Part shown: positions 9,275 to 19,315 of the stretch, in pieces
How the letters are laid out: the number at the start of each line of letters is the position of its first letter
How positions within the stretch are numbered: the stretch's first letter is position 1
Source: a virus
Taxonomy: Duplodnaviria; Heunggongvirae; Uroviricota; Caudoviricetes
Reading direction: 5' to 3' (one strand)
IMG/VR virus record: IMGVR_UViG_3300035208_005635
Location: 1 to 64,000 of that record
DNA: 64,000 bases
The notes under the pieces: model-generated
Told to the model about the DNA's origin: nothing
What the model saw: the letters and a program-made list of their open reading frames with translations, nothing else
Databases searched by the model: none
Program-made: the position numbers and the translations under genes

Positions 9275-9596
9275 ATAAAGTAGTTTGATTATCGGGAGGC
9301 TTTTGCTGTTTGGCTTTCAGCTTAGGGTCTAATAGCGTCTTGCTAAAAACTGCGACTCTAACTAACGAATTATCTATTTTCTTGTAACTTTTATATTTAT
9401 TAGCAAAATTTATAATATCAGCACAAGAAATATTAAAAGATTTTCCTTCAATTATAATATTCAAAGAATCGTAGTTTTTTAAATGCTCTATGTTTACTCC
9501 TATTCCGTGAGCGTGATAACCGTCAGCAGTCCATTTGTAAAAACTTCCTGCTCCATAGAAACAACTTCTAATTCGAATTTTTCTGATTTCTGGCAT
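9210..9596 (-). CDS. hypothetical protein
   Basis: 128 aa ORF. Its 3' end overlaps the HNH ORF. Confidence 0.35.
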   Translation of the reverse strand: MPEIRKIRIRSCFYGAGSFYKWTADGYHAHGIGVNIEHLKNYDSLNIIIEGKSFNISCADIINFANKYKSYKKIDNSLVRVAVFSKTLLDPKLKAKQQKPPDNQTTLYDFVKPISENKKNNATRNTNP

Positions 9597-9691
9597 AATT
9601 AAGCTCTGCTTTGCTTCTGGCTCTTTGAAGATTCTTCCGGCTTTCTTCGTCTATCATATCCCAAAGAGTTAGAGGTCTAGGCGGTTGATAC

Positions 9692-10012
9692 TTAAATTTT
9701 TTCGTATTCCTCTCTTGAAATCTCTTGTCCATATTTTTTAGCTAATAAATCTTGGGCTTTTATTCCCTCGGTTATTATTTGTTTAGTCTCTACTAAGAAA
9801 TACCTACTTTCTCCGTCATACCCTATCACCTGAATCTTTTTATGGATACCAAACATTAAAATTAACTGATTGACTGTTTCTTGATTTTCAGGCAACTCCC
9901 AATTAGTAAGCAGAGGCTTTTCTGAGATTTCGTGCTGTGTCTCTTTGTCAATAATTTTTTGTTTACTCATATAATTTTTTCTGTGTATCGGCATCTGGGG
10001 AAATTCGAGCAT
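9692..10012 (-). CDS. hypothetical protein
   Basis: 106 aa ORF. Confidence 0.35.
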   Translation of the reverse strand: MLEFPQMPIHRKNYMSKQKIIDKETQHEISEKPLLTNWELPENQETVNQLILMFGIHKKIQVIGYDGESRYFLVETKQIITEGIKAQDLLAKKYGQEISREEYEKI

Positions 10013-10173
10013 CCAAACCAGAAACCGTCATTAAATTTGCTTTTTCTTTTTATCATTTCTGAATGACAGTAAGGACAAGTTTTTTCTTCTATTTTATTCT
10101 CTTCTGATTGGGCTTTTAGTCTTAGCATCAGTTCTCCAAATTTTCTTTCCTCTCCTTGTAAGTCTTCTATCAT
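9967..10173 (-). CDS. small protein with topoisomerase-type C4 zinc finger
   Basis: CPYCHSEMIKRK ... GCSNFPRCRYTE resembles the Topo I-type Zn-ribbon (zf-C4_Topoisom). Confidence 0.45.
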   Translation of the reverse strand: MIEDLQGEERKFGELMLRLKAQSEENKIEEKTCPYCHSEMIKRKSKFNDGFWFGCSNFPRCRYTEKII

Positions 10174-10184
10174 ATAAACATTTT

Positions 10185-10409
10185 CTAAATATTATGGGCT
10201 TTATTTTGTTCTTTTACTTTTTTACTCTTTAGAAACTTATTAAGTGCTGGTTTAAAGCCGCAATTTCCGCATATACGCTCCTCTACAACGCCTTCCTTAC
10301 CTTTCCATATAAAAGGACTAAAAGAGAATTTCCAATTAGTCTGCCCGCATTTAGGGCATTTTTTCGGATAATTAACCTTCTCTAAGAATTTTGTTTCAAA
10401 AGCAGGCAT
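10185..10409 (-). CDS. Zn-ribbon small protein
   Basis: CPKCGQTNW ... CGNCG cysteine pairs. Confidence 0.35.
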   Translation of the reverse strand: MPAFETKFLEKVNYPKKCPKCGQTNWKFSFSPFIWKGKEGVVEERICGNCGFKPALNKFLKSKKVKEQNKAHNI

Positions 10410-10413
10410 AATA

Positions 10414-11280
10414 TTAAGAAGTTATTTTTCTTAAGTGCTCGATAAAAGGAGTTAATCTAGTGCTACTGAATTTCTTGTATTCATCTTCAATATAAGGCAA
10501 AGCCTGAGATAGTATTGTTCTCTTTAAATCTTGCTTAGTAATAATCTCATTATCTACTATACGCTCGATTTCATTCTTTAAGTCTTCTCCGCTTTTCTTT
10601 AGAAGTTCCTCAGCATTTTCAGGATTATTATTTATTAACTCTACTGTATCTTTTAAAACTTCTCTGCTAGGAAAATCATTATTTAAAATCTTTTTCTTTA
10701 AAGCTTCTCTATATTTATTGTCTAGAACTTTATTTGCTTCTATTATATGTGTGTAGGAAATTTCTGAATTTTCTATGGCTTTAGTAATAATAGAAGTTTC
10801 ATCTGATAAGATTATAGACTCGCGGACAAGCCAAGGACTTTCGCCTACTTCGTTGGCTAATTCTTTTATGCCTTTAGAATGATAATCTGATTTGTGCTTT
10901 TCATCTCTTTTTTCTAACAATTCTTCCTTTTTATATTTTAGCATCTCTTTAAAAGCTCTGCCTTTTTCAATAACATTCAAATCTAAATGTTGGGCGTTCT
11001 CTACATATTGTCTTTGTAATTTTTGAAAAGGTGTCAGTCCTTTTGTAATAGTGCAGGGGATAGTTACTAATCCAGCCATCTTTGCCGCTCTCCATCTTCT
11101 TTCTCCGCAAATAATTACATTGTTTTCGTCTATCTCAATGGGATGAATAATTCCTTGTTGGACAATAGTATTTGCCAAGCTCTCTATGCCTTTTTTATCA
11201 AAAATATACCTAGGATTTTTTGGACAAGGTTTTACTTCTTCAATTTTTAGATGCTTTATCATATTTTTATTAGGAAACAA
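10414..11280 (-). CDS. ParB-like nuclease-domain protein
   Basis: IHPIEIDENNVIICGERRWRAAKMAG matches the ParB/Srx N-domain GxRRxxA box. Long helical C-terminal region. Confidence 0.6.
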   Translation of the reverse strand: MFPNKNMIKHLKIEEVKPCPKNPRYIFDKKGIESLANTIVQQGIIHPIEIDENNVIICGERRWRAAKMAGLVTIPCTITKGLTPFQKLQRQYVENAQHLDLNVIEKGRAFKEMLKYKKEELLEKRDEKHKSDYHSKGIKELANEVGESPWLVRESIILSDETSIITKAIENSEISYTHIIEANKVLDNKYREALKKKILNNDFPSREVLKDTVELINNNPENAEELLKKSGEDLKNEIERIVDNEIITKQDLKRTILSQALPYIEDEYKKFSSTRLTPFIEHLRKITS

Positions 11281-11429
11281 GAGTTAGTATCTCTGATACA
11301 AAACCTTCTACCCTATTTCCATTTACTAATCTTCCGTCTTTTGAAAGTCAAGCTGTTTCATATCCCGGGTCGAGTAAAATTCTTTGCAAAGATTCTCGTA
11401 AATCTTCTTCAAATTTTTTTACAGCTTTT

Positions 11430-12467
11430 TTATTTTTTAGTTTTATTGTCATATTTTTCTTTTATCCCCTTAAAGGTTTCTTTAATTGAGGATAATAAAT
11501 ATTTATAAACTTCTTTTTCTTCTTCATCCGAGGCATTTTTGTTCAGCAACTTAAGAAATATTTTTGCATCTAATTCTGGTATAACATTAAATATTTTTGA
11601 TTTTTCAAAAATATCTTTTCTTATTTTATCTTTCTCTTCATCAATAGGATAATCATCAAAATTAAGTAAATCTCTTTTCATTTTCTGAAGAAGCAAAGCT
11701 CTATCAAAGTCATACATTATCAGTCCTAAAGCAGAATATTCAGGAATTTTATCGTGCTCTATCATAAAATTAGAAGCATCAGCTAAAAATTCATTATATT
11801 CTTCTTGCAGGTCTGCCAATTTTCCTAAGTTATTGTCTTTTAAATGGTCTCCAACAGTTCTCTTGCATTTAAAACAATCTCCGCTACAAGGCAATGATTC
11901 TTCGGGTTGTTTAAAATACATTGTTTTCTTTTTGTCGGGACAATCTATTTTTTGAGCAAAGATTCTTCCTAATGGGAATAGTCTACATATTTCTGGCTTA
12001 TCTTTTTGAATACTGCAAATCTGTTTTACTTTTTTATCTGGACATTTATCTACTAATTCTGAAATTAAGGCAGATAGTTCTAGGGAGTTCTGCTCTATCT
12101 TCTCTTTTTTTATTCTTTCTTTCAGTTCCTCAAAAAATTCTGGGACTAAAAAGGGGCAGGCAGTAACGTCTTTGCTTATCTGAGTAAATTTTAAAAGACA
12201 AACAGGCATTTTACTAACATCTCCTTTATAAGTAATAGCAAGGCTTTTCATTATTTCCATTGTAGGAAGTTCTAAAGCCTTTCTAATTCTGAGGATGTCT
12301 AGGGGAGAAAGAATGATGTCTATATTATGGCAACAAATACCGCAGGAATCACAACTAAAATTAAATTCGTCTGTTGGTTGCAATCCCCCTCCTTTTTTGT
12401 CGATGTCTTTCATAATCTTTTCCATCATTTCTGTTCTCCCGTCTTTTTTGTTTAATTCTTCAGTCAT
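11430..12467 (-). CDS. YkgJ/UPF0153-like CxxCxxCC zinc/iron-chelating domain protein (paralog 1 of 3)
   Basis: FSCDSCGICCHN is a CxxCxxCC motif. Further Cys pairs downstream. Confidence 0.45.
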   Translation of the reverse strand: MTEELNKKDGRTEMMEKIMKDIDKKGGGLQPTDEFNFSCDSCGICCHNIDIILSPLDILRIRKALELPTMEIMKSLAITYKGDVSKMPVCLLKFTQISKDVTACPFLVPEFFEELKERIKKEKIEQNSLELSALISELVDKCPDKKVKQICSIQKDKPEICRLFPLGRIFAQKIDCPDKKKTMYFKQPEESLPCSGDCFKCKRTVGDHLKDNNLGKLADLQEEYNEFLADASNFMIEHDKIPEYSALGLIMYDFDRALLLQKMKRDLLNFDDYPIDEEKDKIRKDIFEKSKIFNVIPELDAKIFLKLLNKNASDEEEKEVYKYLLSSIKETFKGIKEKYDNKTKK

Positions 12468-12486
12468 TTTTTTTATAATTAATTTC

Positions 12487-14103
12487 TTATTGCATTTTTG
12501 GTTCGGGTATATCTTCTAGGCAAATTGTTGCCTCTACGGTTAAGAACATCTCTGCAATACTGCTGGCATTTTCTAGAGCACATCTAACAACTTTGGTTGG
12601 GTCGATAATACCCTCGTCTTTCATACTTACATAGCTTTCAGTTTCTGCATTATAGCCAAAGTCTTTATCATCACTATTTAAAATGTCGTTCATTATAACT
12701 TCTGATTTTAATCCGCCATTTTCGAGAATTTGCTTGAAAGGTTTTTCTACCGCATCAAAGACAATTTCTACACCTTTCTTTTCATTAGCGGTTAAAGTTG
12801 GGTCTTCTAAAAGTTTAGAATTTTGTCTTGCTCTTATTAAAGCAGTTCCTCCGCCAATAACAATTCCTTCCTCAAGAGCTGCTTGAGTTGCACTAATGGC
12901 GTCTTCTATTCTAAGTTCTAAATCACGCTGTTCAGTTTCACTATTAGCACCAACATTTATAATACCAACAACTCCTGAAAGTTTACCTAAACGGTCTCTT
13001 AGATTTTCTTTGTTGAAATCAGATTTTTCTTCGTCTAGGTCTTTTTGCAATTCTGCTATTCTCGATTCGATTAATTTTTTATCTCCCGCACCTTCTATAA
13101 TAGTAGTAAAGTCTTTTGTGGATTCTACTTTTCTTGCTCTTCCTAAATGAGATATTTCTATATTCTCTAGCTCTAGGCTTAAATCCTGAGTGATAACTGT
13201 TCCGCCAGTTAAAATTGCAACATCCTGCAAGAAAGACTTTTGCTTCTCTCCGTAGTAAGGAGCTTTGACAACTAGACTTCGATAGCTACCTTTAACATTA
13301 TTAACAATTAAAGAGGTAAGGGCATCTCCTTGCATATCACCGCAAAGAATAACAAGCTCTCTAGTCCCTGCGGTAGCTAACTTTTCTAAAATAGGAAGTA
13401 ATTTACCCATTTCAGAAATAGCTTTATCAGTGATTAAGATATAAGCTCCTTTTCCGTTATTATCAAATTCTCCTGTTTTCTTATCTCTGTCTGTAATCAT
13501 ATAAGGAGAAACAAATCCTTTGTCGAATCTGAAACCTTCAACCATTTCTACTTCTATGGTATTAGTGTTTCCTTTCTCAACATTTAAAATACCTGCCTTG
13601 CCTACTTTATTCATAGCTTCGGCAATTAACTTTCCTATATCGGCGTCTTTAGCTGAAATAGTGGCAACATTTTCCATTTGAGCAGTATCTTTTATCTCAA
13701 CAGAAATTTTCTTTAATTCGTCTACTAGACTTTTTACGCCTTTCTTAATACCTTTTTTAATACCGATGACACTCATACCTAATTCAGTATATTTCATTCC
13801 CTTAGAAATCATTTCTTGGGCTAGAACAACAGCAGTAGTTGTTCCGTCTCCTGCTTCATCATTTGTCTTAATAGAGGCGGATTTAATTAGTTTGGCACCC
13901 ATATTCTCAAATCTGTCTTTCAAGTCGATTGCTCTGGCAACAGTAACTCCGTCCTGATTAATGTCTGGTTCTCCCCATTCTTTTTCAATAACAACATTTC
14001 GACCCTTAGGACCGAGAGTGACTTTGACAATGTTGGCGAGGGTATCAACACCTCTCTTCATTGTTTCTCTTGAAAGTTTGTTTTGCTGAATTTGCTTTGG
14101 CAT
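12487..14103 (-). CDS. groL: chaperonin GroEL (Cpn60)
   Basis: 538 aa. [18 protein letters not shown]-binding signature and the characteristic equatorial/apical pattern. Ends ...PKMQ. Confidence 0.85.
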   Translation of the reverse strand: MPKQIQQNKLSRETMKRGVDTLANIVKVTLGPKGRNVVIEKEWGEPDINQDGVTVARAIDLKDRFENMGAKLIKSASIKTNDEAGDGTTTAVVLAQEMISKGMKYTELGMSVIGIKKGIKKGVKSLVDELKKISVEIKDTAQMENVATISAKDADIGKLIAEAMNKVGKAGILNVEKGNTNTIEVEMVEGFRFDKGFVSPYMITDRDKKTGEFDNNGKGAYILITDKAISEMGKLLPILEKLATAGTRELVILCGDMQGDALTSLIVNNVKGSYRSLVVKAPYYGEKQKSFLQDVAILTGGTVITQDLSLELENIEISHLGRARKVESTKDFTTIIEGAGDKKLIESRIAELQKDLDEEKSDFNKENLRDRLGKLSGVVGIINVGANSETEQRDLELRIEDAISATQAALEEGIVIGGGTALIRARQNSKLLEDPTLTANEKKGVEIVFDAVEKPFKQILENGGLKSEVIMNDILNSDDKDFGYNAETESYVSMKDEGIIDPTKVVRCALENASSIAEMFLTVEATICLEDIPEPKMQ

Positions 14104-14107
14104 AGTT

Positions 14108-14503
14108 TTATTTTTTCTTAATTTTAAATTTATTATAAAAATTTTTCCAAAAAGTATCTATATTCTCTTTACCTATTTCAACTAATAATTCCCAACGCTT
14201 TTCGTCTGAAAGTTCTTGAAATCGTAAATGAAGAGAATCATTAAATAAAAAATTAGTTTTAGAACTAGAAAATAGTCTTAATCCAAATATAAATAAATCT
14301 AGACCTTCTAAAATATACCAGTTGCCGTTTTTAGTATACATTTTAGCTAGAGAGGGACAACTGCCTGCTTCTATAAGAGGAAGTAATTTTTCCCATTCGG
14401 GATTAGGGACTTCGGCAACAGCAAATGGTATTAGTCTATGCCAATATATTCTATAATAAGGCATCTTTCTAATTCTCTTTGATAATAATTTTAGTATTTT
14501 CAT
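14108..14503 (-). CDS. hypothetical protein
   Basis: 131 aa ORF. Confidence 0.35.
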   Translation of the reverse strand: MKILKLLSKRIRKMPYYRIYWHRLIPFAVAEVPNPEWEKLLPLIEAGSCPSLAKMYTKNGNWYILEGLDLFIFGLRLFSSSKTNFLFNDSLHLRFQELSDEKRWELLVEIGKENIDTFWKNFYNKFKIKKK

Positions 14504-14557
14504 ATAAAGTAATCTTATTCTAGCAGTCTAATTTTTAGACTGCTAAGTAAAATTATT

Positions 14558-15490
14558 TTAATATCCTTGAATGCCTCCTGCGGTATCAACCGGTATAGGA
14601 CCATACATATTATTAGGAACATAGGAACCATCCCATCTCTCAACTCTTTCTTTTTCAATTTCTAATTGAATTTTCTTTAATTCTATATCCCAATTTTTAG
14701 CAACCTCTTCATTATATTTTCTAATACCTTCACCGTCTAAGGCTTTGGCTTCAGCGTTTAGTTTAGCGGCTTCTTTTTCTCCTTCAGCCTTAGTAATTAA
14801 AGATTGCTTTTCGGCTTCAGCCTGCTTAACTAATTTTTGAGCTTCTTGTTCTGTAATTAATAGTTCTTGTTCTTTCCGCTTAACTTCTTGAGCTCTTTTC
14901 ATTGTTTCTTCAATTTGAGCTTCAAAAGCGTCAGACCAATTATAATTAGTTACTTTGACTTCTGTTATTTGAAGAGGATAATTACCAGTCGATAAATCGT
15001 TTCTAAACTTTTCAGCTATTTCAGACCTAATTTTTTCTTGGTTATCGGCAATATCATATATAGTATACTCACCTATCGTTTTCTTAGCACTTTCTTTTAA
15101 TGTTTGTAATACAATAGATTTTATTTTATCTTCGCCGGTATTTCTCCACATCTCTACTAGCCTGCTCTCATCATATTTATAAAATACTGATAATCCAACA
15201 CCGATAGTCTGATTATCTTTTGAAATTGCACCATCTTCGCCTACTTCAATAGTATAATCTACTTGAATAGGTCTAATAGTTATTTCTTTGATTTTCTGAA
15301 ATAGAGGGACTCTCCAATTCACACCTTCACCTTTTACTTCATCACTTAAAGCTCCCATTGTGAATACTAAACCTCTATTGCCTGAATCTACTATCTGAAA
15401 AGGCTTAAAAGTTAGAAATAGGATAATGGCTAAAAAAATAATAATAGCCCCTACGCCAATTTTAGCCTCTTTTGAGTAACCATCTAACAT
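14558..15490 (-). CDS. SPFH/band-7 (prohibitin/HflC-like) membrane protein
   Basis: N-terminal TM helix followed by an SPFH core (FQIVDSGNRGLVFTMGAL ... VNWRVPLFQKI ...) and a long Ala/Glu/Lys coiled coil. Confidence 0.65.
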   Translation of the reverse strand: MLDGYSKEAKIGVGAIIIFLAIILFLTFKPFQIVDSGNRGLVFTMGALSDEVKGEGVNWRVPLFQKIKEITIRPIQVDYTIEVGEDGAISKDNQTIGVGLSVFYKYDESRLVEMWRNTGEDKIKSIVLQTLKESAKKTIGEYTIYDIADNQEKIRSEIAEKFRNDLSTGNYPLQITEVKVTNYNWSDAFEAQIEETMKRAQEVKRKEQELLITEQEAQKLVKQAEAEKQSLITKAEGEKEAAKLNAEAKALDGEGIRKYNEEVAKNWDIELKKIQLEIEKERVERWDGSYVPNNMYGPIPVDTAGGIQGY

Positions 15491-15662
15491 AATTTTAGAT
15501 TAATTTAAGAATAAATATATTAAACCGCCTTTAAGTAATTTCCAGGGTGTCGTTTCTAGAGGGAGGACTCTTGTCGTCAGAGAAAGTATTGCATTTCTCC
15601 TCGCCCCCTTCATTTCAACGTTGGTTCATCGATTTTTTGCGACTCACCCCAGAAAAATTAAA

Positions 15663-15974
15663 TCAAAAAATTCCGACTATTTTGTCTAAGGATACTAAAA
15701 CAGTGTCTTTGTCTATTTCATAGCTCTCAGAGAATTTTATTTTAGCTCCTTCTTCTCCTTCTACTATTAATTCTTTCACTAAAACATTAGAAAAGTCTCC
15801 TAGCTTATCTTTCATCTCTTTTGTCATCCACCAATCTTTACTAATAACAACTCCTTCGTTCTTTTTTGAACCTCCTGATATTTCTATACCAGAAGAAGAA
15901 ACAGGTTTTTCTAATTTAACAATAATTGCATTTACAGGTCTAAACATAATTTTAATTTTCTGTCTGTTCATCAC
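15663..15974 (-). CDS. possible GroES-like co-chaperonin (Cpn10)
   Basis: 103 aa with a Cpn10-like pattern (IVKLEKPVSSSGIEISGG ... GVVISKD ... VLVSLDKIVGIF). Confidence 0.35.
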   Translation of the reverse strand: MMNRQKIKIMFRPVNAIIVKLEKPVSSSGIEISGGSKKNEGVVISKDWWMTKEMKDKLGDFSNVLVKELIVEGEEGAKIKFSESYEIDKDTVLVSLDKIVGIF

Positions 15975-16287
15975 CGTGAATTATTCTTTTTAATTCACGC
16001 TGTGACCAGATAAACTTTTTAATATTAACTTTTGGGTCTTCAGAAATAAATGTATTAAGTAGTTCTTCTAGCCCACCTTCATTTTTAAAAACGAAATTCT
16101 TTCTATTAGGATTAAGGTCGTCTGGATATTGTTCTGCTCTTAGGAGTTCTACCCCAAAACATAATAAAAAAGCCGACAGAACAAAATCTGCGGTTTTGAA
16201 TACGCCCTCGTCACTATTGAAAGTTCCTTTTAAATTAGGAATAAAAGGTTTTCGACTACTATTTGGTTTGTATTTTGTAATACTCAT
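15952..16287 (-). CDS. hypothetical protein
   Basis: 111 aa ORF downstream of conserved promoter P2. Confidence 0.4.
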   Translation of the reverse strand: MSITKYKPNSSRKPFIPNLKGTFNSDEGVFKTADFVLSAFLLCFGVELLRAEQYPDDLNPNRKNFVFKNEGGLEELLNTFISEDPKVNIKKFIWSQRELKRIIHGDEQTEN

Positions 16288-16341
16288 ATTTTGTTAATTT
16301 ATAGTAATTTTATCGAATATATCCTAATCATTTATATTTAT

Positions 16342-16389
16342 AGTATAGCGTATTTTTACTAAAAAGTCAATACCTAATCTGTGGATAAC
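16342..16389 (-). promoter_or_regulatory. conserved sigma70-type promoter P2
   Basis: In gene orientation: GTTATCCACAGATTAGGTA then TTGACT-N17-TATACT. The -35 hexamer maps to 16365-16370 and the -10 to 16342-16347. Confidence 0.65.
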
Positions 16390-16395
16390 TTTTTC

Positions 16396-16815
16396 TTAAA
16401 TAATTCCCTTTTCTATTAGTATTTCTGTAAGATTTATCAACGCTTCGTTAATAGTTTTACCACAAGCAGGGAGGTCAGGAATATCCATTCTTACGTATTC
16501 ATTTTTTTCAGGATAGCTATAATAAGCCATCCACATACAATCTGTAGAGTAAAGAGCGGGGGATACTATTAATGTAAATTCTCTAATCTCTCTGAATCCA
16601 GTAGGAAATTCTACTTCTACAATTAAACTCTTAGGCATTGGGCAAGGAGAAGTAATTTTATTTGAATTAGGACTAACAGACATTATCTTTAAAAATAACT
16701 TAGGCGTATTTCCTAAAGGACTATTGCCAAGAAATATTTTTACAGCTTTTTCTATATCTGATTTTTTATTCTTTAATTCTTCTATTTGATTTTTTACTTC
16801 GTTTAAATTACTCAT
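16396..16815 (-). CDS. hypothetical protein
   Basis: 139 aa ORF. Confidence 0.4.
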   Translation of the reverse strand: MSNLNEVKNQIEELKNKKSDIEKAVKIFLGNSPLGNTPKLFLKIMSVSPNSNKITSPCPMPKSLIVEVEFPTGFREIREFTLIVSPALYSTDCMWMAYYSYPEKNEYVRMDIPDLPACGKTINEALINLTEILIEKGII

Positions 16816-16818
16816 AGG

Positions 16819-16889
16819 TGCTTGGGGTTAGAATCGAACTAACTTCCGGCGAGTTTCAGTCGCCTGCTTTTCCATTAAGCTACCCAAGC
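16819..16889 (-). tRNA. tRNA-Phe (anticodon GAA)
   Basis: Hand-folded cloverleaf. Acceptor gcttggg/cccaagc. D-arm gctt..aagc. Anticodon stem ggcga/tcgcc with loop ctGAAac. T-arm gttag-ttcgatt-ctaac. Discriminator A. Confidence 0.85.
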
Positions 16890-17236
16890 TCTTTTAGAAA
16901 CGCTCTACCGTTGAGCTATTTCTCACCACCGAAGCTGGAGAATTATCGGAGTCTAACCGATGTCTTTTCTAATACGTCAGAGATAGTGGAATTGAACCAC
17001 TTTTTTACGGTTCCAAACCGTATATAATACCGTTATATCAATCCCTGGTAACGGTGTTCTTCCGTATCACCGCCTAAAAGAATAGATAGAAATTGTAATA
17101 TTAAAAGTATAATTAAAAATTTTTTCATATCCTCCTTGCTTATGTGGGAAGAGTGAGAGTCGCACTCCGCGGGGATTGAAACAATCACTTGGTCTACAGC
17201 CAAGTCTCGCCCTCTACGAGTCTACCTGCCCTTTTT

Positions 17237-17456
17237 ATTTTTCACATTTATTATAATCGTAATTAGGATTGTTTAATAATCTTTCTACACAATCTGTTAT
17301 ACTTTCTCCATCAGTGTGAGTTTTCCAGCAAAATTTTTTTACTGAATCAGCTTTGGTTTAATAGCATTCTGTGGAACATCCCGTAGTTAAAAAAGCTAAT
17401 CCTATTAAAGTTATTAGAAGGATAACTAAAATAATATTTTTCTTTTTTAAAGACAT
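17237..17456 (-). pseudogene. lipoprotein-like ORF interrupted by a single in-frame TAA
   Basis: MSLKKKNIILVILLITLIGLAFLTTGCSTECY-TAA-TKADSVKKFCWKTHTDGESITDCVERLLNNPNYDYNKCEK. Lipobox LTTGC. The downstream Cys-rich continuation has no Met. Could be two tiny ORFs, stop-codon readthrough or a nonsense-mutated gene. Confidence 0.3.
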
Positions 17457-17606
17457 CGGTTTACTCTCTTCGAAACTTCTTCGGATTGACATAATTAAAA
17501 AGTTTTTAAATAATTAAACATTTTATAGATACAATAAATCATTCCTATCCAAATCAGACATCCTAAAAATATAGCTATGTAGAATGAATTTATTAATTTT
17601 TTGGTT

Positions 17607-17900
17607 TTATTCATAAATTATTTTGCATCTAGTTAGACAGTCTTCTAGATTTTTAGTTATGTCTCTGGCACAATCTTTTCTACAATCATCAAGAGGTGTA
17701 GTGTTCTTTATTTTTTCTTTTATTAATTTTGTCTGTGCTTCTTTTTTTGTAATGTGTAATTTTTCACAAGCATTATTATCTCCTTTGCTACACTCTTCTA
17801 ATCTATAATCATTAAAAGCAGAAACAACTAAGAGAATTAATAATAGAATAACAATCCCTGATACCAATGTTTCTATCAATGTAAATCCTTTTGTATTCAT
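17607..17900 (-). CDS. prepilin-type N-terminal cleavage/methylation-domain protein (type IV pilin/pseudopilin-like)
   Basis: MNTKGFTLIETLVSGIVILLLILLVV carries the class III signal G|FTLIE. Cys-rich C-terminal domain. Confidence 0.6.
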   Translation of the reverse strand: MNTKGFTLIETLVSGIVILLLILLVVSAFNDYRLEECSKGDNNACEKLHITKKEAQTKLIKEKIKNTTPLDDCRKDCARDITKNLEDCLTRCKIIYE

Positions 17901-17918
17901 AAAGATTATAATTAATTT

Positions 17919-18248
17919 TTAATTATCTTCATCATAATAAATACTTGGCTTATGATTTTTATATCTAAAAACAGCAATAACTTTTTTTTCTTTTATTTTA
18001 TGTTCTTTATTAATAAATTTATTAAATTCTTTTAAAGCTTTCTTGCCTGCTGGACTGTTATCATAACACTTCTGATGAAAATGCTCATTATTGAGATTAC
18101 AAGGTATTATTCTTTCGTTTATTTCTTTACCGCAAATGTGGCAGATTGGTTTAGATGATACTTTAATAGAAAAGCATTTTTTAGCTTTTTTAATAATATT
18201 AAATCTATCTTTTGCACTTTTATATTTAGTATTTTTAATAAGAGTCAT
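17919..18248 (-). CDS. hypothetical zinc-finger protein
   Basis: CHICGKE ... CNLNNEHFHQKC. Confidence 0.35.
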   Translation of the reverse strand: MTLIKNTKYKSAKDRFNIIKKAKKCFSIKVSSKPICHICGKEINERIIPCNLNNEHFHQKCYDNSPAGKKALKEFNKFINKEHKIKEKKVIAVFRYKNHKPSIYYDEDN

Positions 18249-18433
18249 TTATTTAATAAATCTTTATTATTGTTATTATTCCAAGCTCTAAATTTTATTT
18301 CACGCATATTTTTATTTTAAGCCAAACATATATTTTATTCCGCAAAAAATAAATATTATTAAAGCAAGAACTTTTAAAATTGGTATAATGTGTTCCGTAT
18401 TTGTATTATATTATTAAGCTTTATTTGGCTTAT

Positions 18434-18652
18434 TTAATTTAATCTATTGCATTCATCAGAAATTCCTTTGTCATATATTCTTGCAATTTTATTTTTTAAC
18501 CATTCCTTAAATTTATCAAGATTTTCCCAACTTTTGAAAACACATTCAGGAGCGTTCTCCCCAAATTTTTCATCAAATTCTTTTATAATAAAGGTTTCAA
18601 ATTTCTTATATTCTTTTTCTTTAATCATTCTTTCTTTTGAAAATTTACCCAT
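18434..18652 (-). CDS. hypothetical protein
   Basis: 72 aa charged ORF. Confidence 0.3.
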   Translation of the reverse strand: MGKFSKERMIKEKEYKKFETFIIKEFDEKFGENAPECVFKSWENLDKFKEWLKNKIARIYDKGISDECNRLN

Positions 18653-18937
18653 ATATTTATTTGATTATTAGTCTAATGCTTTCTCCTAAAAATACTGCAA
18701 GAGGAGCAAAGAGAAAAAGTATCGAAAAAGCTAAATAAAACAAATCTCCATTCTTACGAAAACAAGCTAGATTATATCCGCAACATATTCCGCAAAACAT
18801 AATAAAAAATGGATGATACATAGTATTATTTAAAATAAAATGTTACATTATAAAAAAGGAAACCAAAATAAATATAAAATCCGTATTTATATCTAACTGT
18901 TATGCTTGGTGTAATTTCAATTCATCCTTTTTCTTTT

Positions 18938-19315
18938 TTAAATTGTATTCTCATAATTATTGTGTTTATTCCAGTCTTTTCTACCGGTTGAATTATTTAT
19001 ACGCTTAACTCTAATATTTACTTTTGCTAAATCTACCTCACAATCGTCAACGGCAATATCTACATTCTCATTCTTTTCTTTTATACAAATTTCGTCATAT
19101 TTTAAACCTAGTTTTTCTGCCCATCTTTTTGCGTAGTCTATTCCTCCTCCCGACCAGATTATCATATAATTTCCCTGAGATTGAAACCATTTATACAGGG
19201 CGATATTTTCATAGTTAGGAGTATCTACTTGTAGTCCTGTGGCTACTGCCGGAACTATTAAAGTATCGTCTACATCAAACGCAATAACAATTTTATTATT
19301 TACCATATTTTTCAA
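18938..19315 (-). CDS. small HAD-superfamily phosphatase-like protein
   Basis: IAFDVDDTL matches HAD motif I (DxDxT). Confidence 0.45.
   Translation of the reverse strand: MKNMVNNKIVIAFDVDDTLIVPAVATGLQVDTPNYENIALYKWFQSQGNYMIIWSGGGIDYAKRWAEKLGLKYDEICIKEKNENVDIAVDDCEVDLAKVNIRVKRINNSTGRKDWNKHNNYENTI

Noticed and set aside
16818-17027. 69-aa plus-strand ORF
   Set aside because: It overlaps tRNA-Phe (minus strand) and the tRNA-like fragment region, so it is not coding.
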